DNA of 64,000 nt, taken from NCBI RefSeq assembly GCF_003704095.1, contig NW_020847478.1, positions 434,001 through 498,000 of the forward strand. Direction: 5' to 3'. A program made the position numbers and the translations under genes. The notes beneath the pieces are model-generated. The model was given only the letters and a program-made list of their open reading frames with translations. It was not told where the DNA came from and did no database searches. Origin of the DNA: Pocillopora damicornis (taxonomy: Eukaryota). Of this stretch, positions 1 through 13,852 are shown piece by piece (within the stretch, counting starts at the first letter, position 1; every line of letters starts with the position of its first letter).

Positions 1-3000
1 ACCAATCTACACCAGGGTCCTCTGTTATCCCAACGCATCGGCTGCATTAAGAAATACAATAATATCAGTATTTCAATGTCCCCTCACTGGAAAGTGTAAT
101 GTGTTCGAGCCGGTACCGAGACGAGAGAAGTCTCGAAATGGACCCCTGAGTTGGTGTTCTGTAAGTGCTTTGAAGCGTTAACGGGTAAGGAGTGAAAACG
201 AGCGACGAATTGAGAAGGAAGTAAAAACGAAAATATTTTTTTCCTACTTGCGGCTTGGTGGCTCGTCGCTCTAAAGCGCACACAAAACCGCCAGCTACGT
301 AGGCAAGACTGCAGACAATGACTAGCTTTTCAATAACTTGAGTGGAAATCATCATCAGAGTCGAGTTCGTGAGCGCCGCTTGGGCATCTTTATCATGATT
401 TTACAACCTGTTGGGCTCCAGCGGCGGTTTTGATGAGCTGTTAGGATTAGGATCACCTTTTTCAAGGTCACTTAAATCAAGTTTGTTTGAATCTCATTTT
501 TTGCCCTTGAATGTCCCTTCTCGAGTTTTCGAGAAATCGGAGACTACATGGAAGAATACCATTCTACTCCCCGTCATCTGACAAACCACCAACAAACTCT
601 TCCCTTCGTTAATTTGTAACTCACCCATGAAACCATTCGTCACATCCATCACAGCCAATCATGAAAGTTCCATCGTCAGGCTCAGCACACACGGGACAAT
701 AGTACTCTTTAGCGTATCCCTAAAACACGAACACCAAGAATACCACTGTGTTATCGTTATTACTCAGAGCCGGGTTGTTCGAAAGGGATTTAACGTTAAT
801 CTTGGTTTAAAAGTTCACCTTGGCTTAAATTGCTCATGTAGAAGAACGTGTGCGAGAGCTACGGTTTTGTTGGGTTTCATCTCAATATGACTCGAAACTA
901 ACGGGCAGAAAATGCAAACGAAATATCCCTTTGCAGGGCTATAAAACTTAATTAAAAATTCACACTGACCCTGGGTTAGTTAAACCGTGTTTTGAAAAAC
1001 CAGTTTACTTACATGAACAAACGTGGTTGATAGTGTCTGTGACACGACTGTTCGTTCCAGTGGTTCACTTTTGATCGTTAACTTGGGTGCAGGTGAGGCG
1101 GTGACAACTGAGGCAGTGGTTGTAACAGTTTCCTGTTTGCTTGAGGCCTTTGAAGACCCCGCACTGTCAACGGCTTGACTGCTTACAGTAGAAGAGAAGA
1201 GTTTTTCTGAACTACCTTTTCCATAATCCCTGTTAAAAAAAAAAAAACCAAAGCAAAACAAAACAAAAAAACAACATTTAATATAAAGATGGTCACCAAT
1301 CCCTGTTTAAAAAAAACAAAACCAAAACAAAACAAACAAAAAAAGAAAACAACATTTAATATAAAGATGGCCACCAATGTCGCAAGCAACTACCCCGCTA
1401 CAATCAGAAAATGCAGGGGTATTACGCAGGAGTGATAGAATGTCAAGTAGTTTGATTGTCTGGGTAAGAGTAGTCCTGTAAAAGAAGCTATTGGTGTGTA
1501 GCGACTGACATTTCATTTGACTCTGAGATAGCTTCCACTAAGGTTGTTGAAATAACAGTCACTACTAGGTACCAACAACATTCTTCTTCAAGACCACTCT
1601 AATCCGAAAGGTCTGTCTACGCATTCCCAATTTCAACCCGATTATGTGGTCCCCTACGGCAAAAAAAACTGAACAATTTTCTACAACACCTTTTAGTGAT
1701 GATTTAAAATAGGGCTTAAACAGTGGTGTTCTTGAAGGAAAACAGGCTGTGTGGCTTTTCTTAATATAAAGTTAAGGATTGCCTACTAACTTACCGCAAG
1801 TTCTGAGTTAACAATTAGAGCACTGTCCCCCTCAACCAAGAACAGGCGCTTCACAATGAAATTTTGTATGCAATTTAATTTTACTTAACCTCATCCTTTA
1901 AGAATACTCTATTATACTGAAGCACAAGGCTACATACCATGGTAAAGGTTCTGTCTTACTAGCTCCTGTAGTTGTTAATGACGCGGAATTGGACGGAGTG
2001 TCTAGTTTCACAGTGATACGAGGGATGGGTGTGGGGAATGGCGATTCTGGAAAAGGTTCTGCATGATCTGTCTTCAGCTGAAACATAAAAATATGTGTGG
2101 GTGGAGATGAAAATGTATTTCGTTATGCCCTTGCTGTGTTTCAGTGCTTTGTGTAAGTGACATTATCCTCCTCCCTCTGATTCATCAACAGGTCATATCA
2201 AGCGAATCTACTGCTACTGCTCGTTAATCGATAAATTCGCAAAGCGTGTGTAACATGATAGTTTTTTTCAAAATGTAAAATTTCCGTAGTCGACTTATCG
2301 CTTTTTCAAACCCAAAAGTTCTTTGTGTTAGATAACCATGAAACAAAAAGGAAACTTATGGCACTGAATAACAGACTTAAAAGTCGCGCATGTCTTTCGT
2401 CCGTGCGCGCGTAAAAATCATATGTGCGCGCATAAAAATCATAAATGCGCGTCTGACTACAGTATTTACCCGGTACCCTGCGTCTGAGCATATGAAATCC
2501 GTCTGCACAGTTAGCATATATCTGAGGGTAATGCAATATATTGTTGGTACTTGACCCTTAACTCCCAAGATTCAAGTAGCAATTCTCCCCTCTGACCACT
2601 ACTCATTTCCTTGTAAATTACGGGTGAAAGTTTGGTACATGTATAATATCACAATCACATCATCCGGCTGATAAGCCTGTCCGTTCTCATAACCTTTTTG
2701 CAAGATAAAATATTGGAATCACAAGGAGAAGTTTCATATTGATCACATCTAGGAGTTACAGGGTTTAAAGGAACTAAAATTCAAAAGTAACTTCTTTCTA
2801 GAGAACAGTAGATTTAATTGATTTAAGAACGCACTAACCTTTTTACTCTTATCTTTTTTCTTTTCTTTTTCCCTATCCTTTTCTTTCCTCTTTTTCTTTT
2901 TCTTCTTGTGTTCCAGTGCTGGGTCTATTAAAACATTTCCTGGCAAATTTCTTTCTGCGGGTGCAACCGCAAAGTCTGCCATGGAAAATTTGAGTCCCTC

Positions 3001-5902
3001 ATGGGTAGAAGGAGTACTCCAATCTTTGGGTTCCTTTTTAATTGAGGGCTCTATAACTTTGTCTTTTCCTTTTTTGGCTTTTGTCTTTTTAGCAGGACCT
3101 GCCTTTGGTTTTGAATTCTTATTTTCTGATTTCTCTTTTACCACTGTGTCATTGGAAGGCAGGAATTCAGACACAGCAAACTGATGCCCTGCATCAGTCT
3201 CCTTCTTGATGGGTTTTATAATTAATTTTGGCATGCTTTCTTTCACTTCTATGTTTTCTTTGGCTGTTTCAGAGGCTGGCTGTGTCAAGGATTTCTTGGT
3301 AACAGGATTCTTGGTCTTGGTTGCTGGTTTTTTCTCTTTCTTTGCATTTGTTTTAGTTTTCTTTGAAGAGCTCCCTGTTATTGACTCAGTTTCCACTGGA
3401 GTCACACTTGTTGGTTTTGGCATGGGTGATTTCATTGGAGATGGTGACTTTTTCTTTGCTGGTTTCAGTTTTGGAGGTGTTTTTGGCGTAGCAGGTTTCT
3501 TTGCAGGGCTAGCTATGTTTTTAGCAGGCTTAGGCTTCTTTTTTGGGCTTGATTTCACCTTTGTACCTGGCTCCTTTCCTGCTTCTTTGCTCCCAACAGC
3601 TGTCTTTTTCTCCCCTTGTTTGGGTTTTGCAGTTGCCTTGGAAGTGGTGACTTTTTCTACAGACTGAGTAGCAGCTACAGGAGGAATACTTGATGTTGGT
3701 GGGATCTCAAATGTTTTTGCTGAACTCCAAATGTCAGGTGATGGAGTTGGTGATGGGGAGGATAGGTTTCCTTGCAGTGCTTCAAGAATGTCCATTTCAT
3801 TTCCCCTGTTTCCTTTCTGAATGAAAGGTAGATCAACACGTCTCTTTTTTGTGTCATTTTCAAGCGCTGGGGGCATATCAAGAGATCTCTTGACAGCTAC
3901 ATGTTCAATAGAAGTTTCTTCAGCAACTGTCTTGATTTCCTTCCTCACGTATCCTTCTCCACTTGTTGGTTCTTCTCCAGCATCAACTGTGTCTGCATCT
4001 TCTGCTGTTGTTGCTTTATCTTCATCTGAAGGAAAAAAAGAAAACGGATATTGCAACCATTTGCTGACACGGGGACATATATTTAAAATAAAACAAAATA
4101 ATGATAAGAAATGTCAATCTAAGAATATCTCAGCACACTGTCAGACACATGAAATGTTAATTGTCCTACATAATGCAGCACAGAATCTTCTCTAAGATTG
4201 AAACTCGACACAGAGAATAAGTTGGAAAGAAAAAAGAAAAAAGAGATTGCACTGGTACAGTGCAATTGGCCAAAAATACTCTCAATGCAGTGCCATGTAA
4301 ATTGTATGTGAGTTAGATCCTAAAGGCCTTGATTCTGGTTCTAACAATGCATTTTTAATTGATGATTGTAATCTATTGAGTGGCAATCTAATATATTCCT
4401 CTATCAAAAGTCATATATCTTGACTGATGGAGTAACAAAAACGCAAATGGAGATGTAGCCCAGTCTTGGTATATCAAAACTCAGCTTTAAAGAGAGGGAC
4501 ATTGGGGTCTGTTAGAAACTGCAAAACAACAGAAAAAATCATCCAAAACCACAAAACTGGCAGAAGAATTAGATCAAAACTAAAAACCCCATGCAAAACT
4601 GATAAATTTTCACATCTCTGTTTTAAAATCCTAATCTATCCAATACAGTCACTGACAAGTGGAGTATATAGAGGTTTCACGGCTATTCAAGATCAGTGGA
4701 GGTGTATAATTGCTGCTCAGATTGACAAGAAACTGGAACCCAAATAGGAAAAACTGAAAACCACATCAGATACCAAATCCAAAAACCCATTAGTGATATT
4801 TACAAAAACCAACAACCAAAGGCTGAAAAAAACAGAAAATCCATAAACCACAATGAATACCGAAACCAAAACACTCAAATTATTTGGCACAAAAACCAAA
4901 CCCAATCTAAAAAATATCCAAAACCTCAAAACAAAAAAACTCAATGCCCCTCTTTAAATGATAGACATCACCTCAGAGCACAGGGGACCAATTAATTCCT
5001 ACAAAGTCTGAAGTTTTCCACTCAGCACCTTGCTCTTACAGTAAGTTCTATTGTTCAGGCTGAATTTCAAATCAGTGAGACTGGTGGGCTTTATCAGAGT
5101 TAAAGAAATGAATGTGTTAAACAAAAAAGCCTTTGGCACTACAAGGGAAAGAAGACTGCAGCAACAGTCATACAAAACCTTCATTTTGAAGAAGCTTAGA
5201 GACCAAGGGAGGCAAGTAGTCATAGTACTGCTCCAGTCTCTCTGCAATCTCTCCATTACGTGGATGATGGAGCACATTAGGTTTTGGCTTGGGATACTGT
5301 GGCAACTGATGAATAAATGGAACTTGGTCTACCTGGGTTACAAAGTCTTCTAGTTCGCCGAGGTAAACGCCAATATCTCGAAAGGCAAGGTCTAGGTCAT
5401 CTAAGTTTGGCTCAGTTCTTGAGTCTATGAAATTTTAAACAAAAAATTATTCATCTCTCTTCCAATTACTCTAAATAACACCAATTCATTTTTGTTTTAG
5501 GATTGTAAATTAATGAAACCACTCAGCTTGTCTAGATATATTTTTTCTCGGTAGCTTATTTTTCTGCAATTAAGTAACAGCACAAAATAAACTAACGTGA
5601 AAAAATAATAAAAATTCTGTACTAGCTGTTCGTTTGTAAACGTTAATTTCTACGTGTACACATTGCATCAATCAGCATCCTATAAATTGTATGCACTTTG
5701 TTATGAAATATAACTGAACACTTCGTCCAAACTCACATATCTGGGAGTATCCATGCGCTGACTTCGCGATCTCCTCAAGATATTTCTGTAACACGTCGGT
5801 CAACAAGTCGTGGCTCGACTTTTGTAAGGCATCCCAACCCATGGACTGGCAGATCTGAGCCACCGCTATCTGAAGAGCACCGTGGTTAAATCCGTCACAC
5901 AT
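1..5902 (-). CDS. TAF3: TFIID subunit 3 (histone-fold/BTP N-terminus, Lys/Pro-rich linker, C-terminal PHD finger); spliced, 3' end runs off the window
   Basis: Exons 5902-5737 (MCDGFNHGALQIAVAQICQSMGWD..), 5424-5179 (YSRTEPNLDDLDLAFRDIG..), 4025-2839, 2077-1938, 1229-1013, 719-625 (YYCPVCAEPDDGTFMIGCDGCDEWFHG) and 41-<1 (RCVGITEDPGVDW), joined by GT-AG introns in consistent phase. BTP domain plus PHD finger is the TAF3 architecture. Confidence 0.93.
4493..4953. mobile_element. Probable MITE with A/C-rich internal subrepeats
   Basis: Imperfect TIRs AGAGGGACATTGGG and CTCAATGCCCCTCT, with internal AAACC-type repeats. Confidence 0.5.
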
Positions 5903-6203
5903 GGCGAATAAGGCCAAAAAAATTATCAATTCAATTTCTAAAAAGTAAGCATTTGCTATTTGTTTCACTTTAAAGAGATTACCGAGGAAAAATAGACTAT
6001 TTTAAGCTAAATTTCTGTAGAGCTTTAGTTAGTTCTCGCCAAGTGAAGGTCTTAAGAGGGACGATAGAGTACGCATGCTCATCATTATGCCTACCGCTAT
6101 ACTCGAATACTCTTAGCTCATAAACAATTTTCTCGGCGGAAACTTTGGAATTTTCTGATTTTGACAGCGGGAAGGGACGGAGGAACTCTGATGTGCTCCT
6201 GCT
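5903..6203. promoter_or_regulatory. Bidirectional promoter shared by TAF3 and PORCN
   Basis: Start codons at 5902 (-) and 6204 (+) are ~300 bp apart, head-to-head. Confidence 0.7.
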
Positions 6204-9200
6204 ATGGATGAATTAGAAGTGCCATATTACGTCGATGGCGACCTAGATGAGTACTATGATGATCCTGATGAAGCCTTGTTGTACGAACATTTGGAAAAAA
6301 TGTCCAAGTATGGGCGATTTTTCTACATGTTCCAGTCTTGTGTGGGACCGACGACTGTTCAGACATTTGACTTGGTCGGTCCTCTCTTGGTAATGTGCTT
6401 TATTCTACGGGTTGTCTCGGCACTTAAACTTCCAAGACTTGTAGTTCATTTCGTTTCATTTATCTGTGGACTAGGAGCTTTATTTTTGTTCCTGAAAAAA
6501 AACTTGGTATATCCACTGGCCATGAGCGCGCTTGGGTATCTAATTCTGTTCGTGAAGCACGGAAATAGAGGGATGGTAATGGCTTCGACTTCAGTCATGT
6601 TTTTAATCATATGGTGCGTCTTGTTGTTTATAATCTCTTTCATTTAGTTCTTTGACCCTGCTGAAAAGGAATTTGCTGTAGATGACAGAGGCACATCCAG
6701 AAATTATGGAAGGGGGGAGCCAAACTTTTATTTAGAAAATATAATTTTGTATTGGTATTATTATCTTTTTTCCACTTGAGCCTAAATGAGGTTGGAGTAT
6801 TTAAAGGAAATTTTTAACATGCCTAGTTTAGTAATGATATGCCATCCTCTGCTATAAGAATTTTGGTCCCTGTCAAATAATTAAAAAATCACTTATGTCT
6901 GATGAGTGGGGTGGGGTGGGAGGTTGGGGCTGAATCCCCCACGCCCTTCCACCTGGCTCCCCAATTGGATAAGAGCCAAAAGCATCTGAATAGTGCATAG
7001 GAGATCGTAGCCTGTTTAGGTTCTTTGTTAATGAGTTTAATAAAAGGCAGATGAGTTGAGAGAAAATTGCTGGGAACCTGAGAGAGAGTTCTCCTTGTCT
7101 TTGTATTGTATTTTGCAATACATATACTTACAATACAATATGGACATTGCTTACAAGAAAAAAAGGGGTAAAAAGTATACTAATACATGGCTTTTAATTT
7201 TAACCTACTGTAGGCTGTTTTCTCCTTGTTGCCTCAATGCATCTATTTTGCTTGCATACCCCTGCTGACATAGAAGCCTGGCCATGTTAGTTGAAAAGCA
7301 TTTTTCCATTTTTCCTAGGTACACACAGTGAACCTTTTTCCCTGCATTCTCTGTTGCCTCTTTAGTGCGTGAAGCAATAAAGAGTCTGGCTAATTATGTA
7401 CAACTTAGTTCTTTGTTTTAATTATTCACAGTGAACTGTTTATTGTTACACCTGAAAACTGGCACCAGGTTCGAGGTATTTGCTAAAAAATCATTTTGTT
7501 CATATCAGAAATACTTAGTCCTTGTTATTCTATGATATGACCTCTCAATCAAAACATTGATCATACTAGTTGGTAGAAAGAAATTCTTACAGCAGAACCT
7601 GACAAAGAATGTTTTGATTTAAGTATAATACTTTTTATTTTTATATTGTCCCTAATTAATTGTTAAAGTATTTCTTTGTTTTAAATAGAACATGCTGAGA
7701 CAATTAAGTCTGTTATTTTTGTTAATGTTTCATAAATTGTGTATATCACATGAGATGATTGGAAAGAAATAACTTAATGATTATTGGAATCTGATTTTTC
7801 AGGCTCTCAGATGGTACTAGTAATGAAGCTTATTTCATTGGGTTTTGATATGGATAAAGGTACAACTCCACGGCCTAACATCGTGGAGTATCTTGGGTAC
7901 TCTGTGTCAGTCAGTTCTGTCATCTTTGGACCTTTTCTGACATATTCAGATTATTGCCAGCTTTTGGATGGAAAAAAGTTGGTAAGATAAAGGATAAATT
8001 TTTAGCCTTACTTTGCACATATAATCTTTGTGCCTACAAGTGGTGAATAGCATTGCCAGGAATGGCTATCAGTTGTAATTGGTATCAGCATTCTCATTAT
8101 CATATCCTAATCGTCACTGTGGTTAGGGTTATTAGTATTATATCTGTTGCTTGTCACTGTCATCCACATCATCATTATTAGTTTTTACACAATCATCATC
8201 GTTGCTGGCATCATTCTTACTCCAGTTTTGTTTGTACACTCTCTTTGTGCTGAGTTAAAATTAATGTCTGTGAATATATGAAAATCATGTATACATGAAC
8301 TGGGGTTTAAGAAAGGAATTTGAAAGCAATCTTCACAGTAATGAACACTACTTAAGCAGTAGTGTAAATATTAGGCCTGAAAAAAATTCAGGCCTGGTCT
8401 GGATATGAACCCATGACTTCTGGGATACCAGTGCAGTGCTCTACTAAACAAGCCAACTGGGAGCTGGTCATTATGTTGGTTCGTAGTAAACTGGTGAAGT
8501 GATGAATCAATGTCTATGAATATTTGAAAATCTTTTGTGTGAACTGCAGTTTAAGAAAAGAATTTGAAAGCAATCTTAGCAGTAACAAATGCTACTTAAG
8601 CAGGGGTGAAAATAAGACCTGAATAAGATCCTGGCCTGTCTATGATTTGAACCGATGACCTGCAATATCAGCACAGATATGTTCACTTAATGATAAAATC
8701 TAATTAACCCTTTAACTCCCAAGATTTTATTAATAATTCTCCTTACTGTCTGCCATACAATTCAATTAATGTTAGTTTAGAGAATTTGGAATTGGATCAA
8801 CCAATAATCCCCTAATTGATATTTTTCTTTATTCTTATTACTTGTCTGTTTGATATTGTACTGATAGTGTAAGGAGAAATTCTGTCTTGGTCACTAGTGG
8901 GACTTAAAGGGTTAAACTAAGTAAAATGTATCACTATTTCTCTCTCCTCTTTTTCAGAGCTTTGCCTGGTTTTTAGGAGTAGTAAGGAGTTGTTTTCTGT
9001 CCTATTGTTGTTTAATAGTTTCAGCTTGTGTTGCACCATGGATGTTTCCAGAGGACTCTTTTAAGTAAGTGAGATTTCAAATAATAATTGATAGAAATAA
9101 TTCGCTAGTAAATTAATGGCTTGTGTATTTGACATTTGGGTGGATAATCTTATGGTGTTGAGAGATCAAAAGAAATTTAATGATTTTTTTCCACTTATTT

Positions 9201-12115
9201 TTATCAACATCATTCCGTAAATAGAATAAGGGAGATGGTAAGTGTTAGAGCCCAGTAAAGAAACAGAGAAAGATGTTTTTTTGTCAGTCTTGTAACGAGC
9301 ATGGGACTAAGAAAAAAAATACTGAGTTCCCATGAGGAATCAAACCTCAGACCTTCAGATTCTGTGCTCCCATGTTAAGTATCACTGAACCACAGAGACT
9401 CTACAGTGAGCAAGGTCTATGAGGAAGTTCATATGACATGCATACTGCCAGGATCAGCAATGTCTATAGCATCATGTTTGTAAATAGTGATTAAAAATTA
9501 CATTAACCCTTTAACTCCCAAGAGTGACCAGGACAGAATTTCTCCTTACAATACCAATACAATATCAACCAGACAAGTGATGAGNNNNNNNNNNNNNNNN
9601 NNNNNNNNNNNNNNNNNNNNNNNNNNNNNNNNNNNNNNNNNNNNNNNNNNNNNNNNNNNNNNNNNNNNNNNNNNNNNNNNNNNNTCCATACTGTTCTCTA
9701 TGTATTTCCTAAGGTGCTGACAAGGAGAATTTGTTTAATAATCAAGAGCTTCAGTCTTTAGTTGGTGATCATTTTCTTTAGTCTTGTAAACATAATGTGT
9801 GATTCAGGGGTGATATTGTAAGGAGAAATTAGATGCTGGTCACTGTAGGGATTGAAGGGTTAACTGTTAGCATGCTGAACTCCAGGCTATGTGTAATTTA
9901 GTATTATCAACTGAGTTGGTATTGTAAATAAGCCACCATAAAGAGTTTCAAAGCTGACCTTTTGGGCATAAGCCCTTCATCATTCGCTCTGATGAAGGGC
10001 TATATGACAAAGGGCCAACGCTCAAAATATCAGCTTTGAAACTCTTTATGGTGGCCAATTTACGATAACAACTCAGTTGATAAATAAATACTAAATTACC
10101 TTGTTATAATCTCCCACTGATGCAGCATTACAGTTTCTTTAGAAATTAAACTTAGCCCCTTCATTCAGGCCAAGCAGCCTATATAGTTTCCTGGCTTGTG
10201 CATGTATGTGTCAAGCACAGGTCAACTGTAATTGAAAATGACGTGTGCATGTTTTCTTTTTCCAATCACCAGATGTGTTTAAGAAAGCTATACCTCTTGG
10301 AAGATTTTTTGCTGTTTTTTCAACATTTGCATTGAGTTCATTACTTCATGTAAGTATATCTTGGAATGCTTGAGTTTATAATGGTGTTGAAAATCTGACA
10401 GATGATGAAGCTTGGTGCAATATCAGATGACTTCTAAAGGTATTGAAAATCTCTCTGGATAATGAACTGATCCAGTTTCAAATAATGAATCATAAGTTTG
10501 CTTGACTCCTCTGTAAACTTTAAAACAACTCTTTTTCATGCATTACACTCATTATTTATGTTATCTTGAAGGGTATCAATTTTCAACTTGCAGCAGTGTT
10601 GATTTCTGTAGGAACATATGCTTACATTGAACATGGTAGGTGAACACCCAACATCATTGTTTTTGGATCTTAGGAAAAAGCTTGAATCTGTAACCATTTC
10701 ATGTTGTATTTAGCATAAGAACACATTTTTGTGGGGCATTGTACAAAAATGGATATTTTTCTTCTAGAATTCTACATCTTACTAACACTTAATCTTCTCA
10801 GTGGTATTTACTGAGCAAGATTTTATTAATGATAGAAGTAGTTGTCTAGGGTGACTGCATGTGCAGGAGCACCTCTTGAACTCTTTGTTTTTTGGAAACC
10901 AAAATACTATTTTGAAGGAAATTTTTTCACTCACAGCAATTTATGTATCCAAGTTGATCATAATTTCTTGTCTTAACAGTTTTTCGTCACAAGTTGGGGA
11001 AAATTTTCAATGCTTGTATTCTAGCAAGAAAATGCAGACCAGAGTGTGGACATGTTTACAAAGATGTGAGTAGTCTACTTAAATATCTTTTAATCCTTCA
11101 TTAGGATTCTGGAGCCTGTTTTTTTGACAGGCAGTTAGTGATAATTCAGGATAAAAAGTTTACCTTGTTCTCGATTTCTATTGATTGCAATATAGGGTAT
11201 ATTTTGGCTTATGTTTTTAGGAGACGTTTTACAATTTCATCTTACAAAACTGGAGGAAAAAAATATGTGAAATAATTCAACTGTCTGTGAAGCTATGCAA
11301 CTAAAAAACAAAATTGCAGAATAACCCAGTCTGTAACCTTATTCCTTTAAATATCAGAGGTGATTAACTAGTAAATTCTCTCTGCAATATCCATACATTA
11401 TCCAACAAAACAGCAATGAGAATACTCAAACTAATCAGATAAAAGTATTTATCTTGATCTAACACCAAATTCATGTCACTAATTTACAAAGAGATGTGTA
11501 GCAGCTTGAGGGGAGAATTTACAATCAGATCTTCAGGGAGTTAAAGGGTTAATCTTCCTTTGATTAACTTGGCCCTTGGCGATTTGTTACACTGCATTCT
11601 TTTCGATCTTTAAGGTACATGTTGTGTAAAATGAAACAGCTGTTTGATCAGCACTGTTTGCGAATTTTAAAAAGTTTTTTTTATGCTCCATCTTCTTTTC
11701 TATATTCTATCTTCTTTCAGGGTAACTTTTGGGTGATTGCTGCTAATCTTGGCCTAAGCTTCCTTGCGGTCTTTCACCTGGCTTATTTAGGCATCATGTT
11801 TGGGGGAGACTCAGAAATCCAAGAAAAGGTCATTGTGAACAAAAACGATTTTATCACAGTAAAAATCTTCCTTGCTAGGTTCATTATCTGTTTTCCTGTG
11901 AAACTCTGAGCACTGGTGCTCTCTGTTTTGTGAGTTTCACAATGAAAATTGACTTTAATTGTGTAGAATTTTGATGAATGCATTCGTAATTTTGTGGTTT
12001 TAATTTGTTTCAGGGTTATGGCATGAATCACACTTTAGGCAAATGGTCCGATTTGGATTTTGCCAGTCATTGGGTGGCCCTGGCAACTTTTCTTTTGAGT
12101 AGAATTATTGGCTGA
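6204..12115 (+). CDS. PORCN: Porcupine, Wnt O-palmitoleoyltransferase (MBOAT family); central exon(s) missing in the gap at 9585-9683
   Basis: Exons 6204-6613, 7432-7475 (ELFIVTPENWHQVRG), 7803-7981 (SQMVLVMKLISLGFD..VIFGP), 8958-9064, [gap], 10273-10349 (..FALSSLLH), 10572-10635 (GINFQLAAVLISVG), 10980-11064, 11721-11828 and 12014-12115 (HTLGKWSDLDFASHW). LLHG carries the MBOAT catalytic His. Confidence 0.93.
8263..8680 (-). repeat. tRNA-derived (SINE-like) repeat, two tandem ~245-bp units
   Basis: Unit AATGTCT.TGAATAT.TGAAAATC..TTTAAGAAAG..TTTGAAAGCAATCTT occurs twice. GAACCCATGAC..CAGTGCTCTAC is the reverse complement of tRNA A/B-box-like sequence. Confidence 0.55.
8708..8911. mobile_element. 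piggyBac-type MITE (~200 bp, TTAA target site); dispersed family
   Basis: TTAA|CCCTTTAACTCCCA...TGGGACTTAAAGGG|TTAA. Related, variably decayed copies near 2555-2765, 9503-9863, 11335-11553, 20560-20764, 21854-22058, 25510-25704, 28372-28582, 30182-30392 and 55228-55400. Confidence 0.8.
9230..9490 (-). repeat. Decayed tRNA-derived SINE-like repeat
   Basis: GAGGAATCAAACC..CACTGAACCAC is the reverse complement of B/A-box-like motifs; intronic. Confidence 0.4.
9893..10099. repeat. Palindromic repeat, probably a Penelope-type terminal relic
   Basis: Long imperfect inverted repeat (GTAATTTAGTATTATCAACTGAGTTG.. / ..CAACTCAGTTGATAA..TACTAAATTAC) centred on CTGATGAAGGGCT; a half copy lies at 37735-37825. 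Confidence 0.6.
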
Positions 12116-13852
12116 GCAAGTTTAAGCAAATGCAAAATACACAAGTCAACTATGGTGAATATTTTATAGGGGGCCACTGTTTCCATTGCCTCTATAGACT
12201 GAGCAAAGTGACGTAGCCTTAATTTGCAAATGGTGCTTGCAAAGATCACCTGAGAAGACTGGACTGGGAATCTACCAACTTTCTCCAATACTTTATTCCA
12301 ACCAAATATTGGTGTAAAATAACACTGTAGTAGTTAACTGTCAAAAAAGGACTTGGCAAAATTATACAAATGCTAATATTAATAAAAATGAAACCTTATG
12401 ACATTCAGTTCTCAGCCGAAAAAAGAAAGAAAGCTTTCAATTCTGTAAGGCGTTATTCCTGAGTCATAAGATTTTCCCTTGTATTTTAGTAAAGAAAACG
12501 TTTCTGACAATAAACAATGGCAGCTGAGTAAGAGTGTTTTTCCTTCTTCTCATACCCAGTCTCTTGGTATCTGCTAGCTATGATTGACTTACTGAATAAA
12601 GGGGGATGAGGATTCCCATGCTAATTTGAAGTAACTTCATATCTAAGGAATTTGGAACAAGACTGACCTATAAAATCACAAGTGACAACAAATGCAATGC
12701 ATAGGCAGCTCAAGTCAAGCACAGCATGTGAACTTTTTCAAATGGGTTACTCAAAACCAAAAATTTTTCTCAACACATAAGATCATGATCTATAGATTTT
12801 GTTTTGTGAATAACCTTAAACTTGACAAAGCCTTGTGCAACAAAAGACGGCAATTTTTACAGCTTTATTTGTTGCAGCATTGGGCCTTGTAGTTGACTTT
12901 CACAACTAATTATTGTGTCTCAATTTTTACAAATTAAAGTTAAAGCCACTTACAGACTGTATTGTGACTAAGAGGTTATCAATTAAAGATACAGAACCAT
13001 AATTATACAGTTTTGCACTTTTTTGGTTATTATGCAGTACAGGGCTTAAGTACATAATTTACAGTGTGTGCCTAAAGTGTTAATCTAACAATAATTGTAT
13101 CAAAATGAAGGCCATATTGTTTCAAAACCTTCACAACAGAAATTAAAAAGGTGACATGAAACTTCCTTTCCCCTTAAAACCTGGACCCAGCTGTGTGAAC
13201 ACTTACTTAAAAACGCAGGGTTTTTATCCTAGAAAATGAGAAGTGTTCCTTTTTCTTTTTTTACCTTGTTTTTTTCCTAATTTTAGCGTCAAAAGCATGC
13301 ATTTTAACAAGTACCATCATTTAGTTGTCTTGCACAAAATTTTACCAGCTCTATTTGCTTGCAAGAAATACATGCATATATACAACGATGTAGAAAGGCT
13401 TCTAAAGTTAGGTCAACATTCTACAAGCCATTGATATATCTTTAGTTGTCTACATGGCCAAAAAATTTAATTTTTATACTTACAACCTATACCTATCTAG
13501 TAAACTATGGTTTGTAGGGTTAGAAAGATATCTGTTGCTAGGCAGATTATATTTCCACTATAATTTTTAAGGAGCTTGGGTTTTTTAATGCAAGATAGTC
13601 AACTAATTGTTATGTGCATTAAGCTGTGAGTAAAATATGACTATTTTATAAGGTGTCCATTTGCCACCAGTAAATATATCAGATATTTACATGGCATCAT
13701 GTATCAGTAATGTACATTGGATATTTTGTTACATTTTACCACAAAAAGTGTCAAGTTTCTTTTTCTACTCAATTAGATCTGTAATGTTAGTTGAATTTTC
13801 ATGAAAATTCAACCATGATCATGAGTAGGACTGCAATGTCTTCAGAAGTTTG

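Noticed and set aside
2906-4195. Hydrophobic plus-strand ORFs (92, 153 and 124 aa)
   Set aside because: Antisense shadows of the Lys-rich TAF3 exon.
8380-8460. tRNA gene
   Set aside because: Only degenerate A/B-box-like remnants within a repeat; no cloverleaf.
9065-10272. PORCN pseudogene lacking central exons
   Set aside because: The missing coding segment coincides with the assembly gap at 9585-9683; all visible exons are intact.
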